Under the pieces are notes generated by a model. It did no database searches. It was not told the DNA's origin and saw nothing but the letters and a program-made list of their open reading frames with translations. A stretch of 63,717 nt of DNA, counting the filler, from Pelomyxa schiedti (lineage: Eukaryota; Protista; Evosea): the NCBI GenBank assembly GCA_020536535.1. It is 10 parts of 10 records of this genome, joined end to end, with 100 filler letters (N's around TTAATTAATTAA, not from the genome) between each part and the next. Parts side by side here need not be neighbours in the genome. Positions count along the whole stretch, not along the records: positions 62,322 to 63,717 come from JAHLWZ010002540.1; 9 more parts are not named here. The stretch is one strand, 5' to 3'. How positions within the stretch are numbered: the first letter of the stretch is position 1; the number at the start of each line of letters is the position of its first letter. Positions 62,322-63,717 of the stretch are shown piece by piece. The translations under genes were made by a program, and so were the position numbers.

Positions 62322-63717
62322 AGCTAGAGGCGGCGGCGGTCGTGTGGGCACTCAAGAAATTCCGCAGCTATATACACGGAGTCGGATGTGTTGTCAAGAC
62401 AGACAACAAAGCCCTAACCTGGATGCAGAACCAGGAACACCCATGTGCCAGGGTTGCCCGCTGGCAAATGCTGCTGGACGATTATGGGGCTGTAGTGGAA
62501 TTTAGGCCGGGAAAGCAGTCGGGGGATGTGGACGCAATCAGCAGGATGCCACAGGTGTTTGTTGTTGCGGCGTTGGGGGACAACTTGGTTGGGTGGAAGG
62601 AGGCGCAAACAACAGATACCGACTGCCAAGCGCTATCAGCATGGCTAGGGGGATCACCCTTGCCAAAGGACCTGCACCGCTTAGACCTGGAAAGGGTGGA
62701 CTTCGAGGTTCGCGAAGGAATACTACACCACAAGGAGGTGAACCACCGGAGGAAACTGATCTACCGCGCGGTGGTCGTTCCAACGATCATGCGGGGACAG
62801 GTAATGCAGGATAACCACGCCAGCATCTTCGCGGGTCACCTCTCTGAAGCATACACGTTGGACCGCATCAAAGGCCATTTCTGGTGGCCAAACATGGGGG
62901 CAGACATTACCCGCCACTGCAACAGCTGTCACGAGTGCAAGGTGGCCAAGGCGCCGGCCCGGAAAGGGGCAGCTGTGGGCTTCCCAATGGCGGTGCCAGG
63001 CGAACCTGGGGAGGTCATGAGTATGGATTTCATCGGACCGCTGAGATCCACCAGACGAGGGAATGCGTATATCCTCGTGATGATCGACCACTTGACAGGA
63101 GACGTGGAATTGAAGGCCACAAAACACCTGGACGCCGAGTCAGCAGTACGGGCAGTGCTAAGGAATTGGGTGTGCCGAAGGGGTGTCCCACGCGTGATCA
63201 TTAGTGATCGGGGCTCCCACTTTGTGAACCAGATCATGGAAGGGCTATGCACGGCACTACACATCGAACAGAGGAAGACGACGGCGTATCACCCTCAGGC
63301 CGATGGGAAAACTGAGCGGTACAACCGCATACTGGTGGAAATGCTGTGTATACACGCTGGCAAAGATAAGGACAATTGGGATGAGCTCCTGCCAATGATG
63401 GCATTTGCGTACCACACGGCAACTAGCAGAGCAACAGGATTTTCACCTTTCTACCTCGAGCATGGGAGGGATGCCCGGACTCCAGGGGTGATGGCTGGGA
63501 CGGGTGAGGAGGTCTTGGTTGGCAGGCAAGCCGAAAGGGTGACCAAGAAGGTACGGGAGGCGTGGTGGCTGGCGCAACGGACAGCAGAGCTCATACGGCA
63601 GGCATGGGATGACGAGCGCACCAAAGCCACAACAGCCACAGAAAGGAAGTTCAGGGTAGGGGATCTAGTGTATGTCCTACGGACAGGCGGACACAAGGAC
63701 AGGGAGCTAGGCAAACT
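62322..63717 (+). mobile_element. Ty3/Gypsy LTR retrotransposon pol fragment (RNase H, then integrase)
   Basis: Stop-free frame from 62324, absent from the ORF track: LEAAAVVWALKKF..TDNKAL (RNase H), H..IFAGH...CNSC (HHCC), MDFIG, ISDRG, KTERYN (DDE). RNase H before integrase indicates Ty3/Gypsy. Confidence 0.95.

Overview
This window is not one locus. It is ten contigs joined by artificial 100-nt spacers (44 N + TTAATTAATTAA + 44 N), with two further 100-N scaffold gaps. Nine contigs look like an intron-dense amoebozoan protist with ~40-65 nt GT-AG introns; a Pelomyxa-like archamoeba is my inference, not something I can prove here. They carry Akt/PKB, RSPH9, LSm6, an alpha/beta hydrolase, CTR9, ankyrin-like solenoid families, an FHA-WWE-BRCT-WWE protein, an RCC1-tyrosine kinase, a TM2 protein, a DBP2-like helicase, an ESRP/hnRNP-F/H-like qRRM protein, a GNAT, a CudA-like factor, LMBRD1, a papain protease, a SAP-archaemetzincin, a ZnF-UBP/C-CAP protein, a SAM/caspase-like protein and an intact Ty3/Gypsy pol fragment. 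One contig (43358-45904) is archaeal and Methanomicrobiales-like: tRNA-Gly(CCC), an ACT/DUF5612 gene, sua5 and a surface protein. It is best read as a co-sequenced methanogenic (endo)symbiont. The best leads are a SAP-domain zinc metalloprotease (possible Wss1/SPRTN analogue), a TIR-like/SAM/pseudo-caspase protein, a 74-aa His/Cys tract missing from the ORF track, an ESRP-like splicing regulator in a genome with degenerate splice sites, and the tRNA-ACT-Sua5 unit. All family calls come from motifs read by eye and no search was run. Exon boundaries are manual reconstructions.
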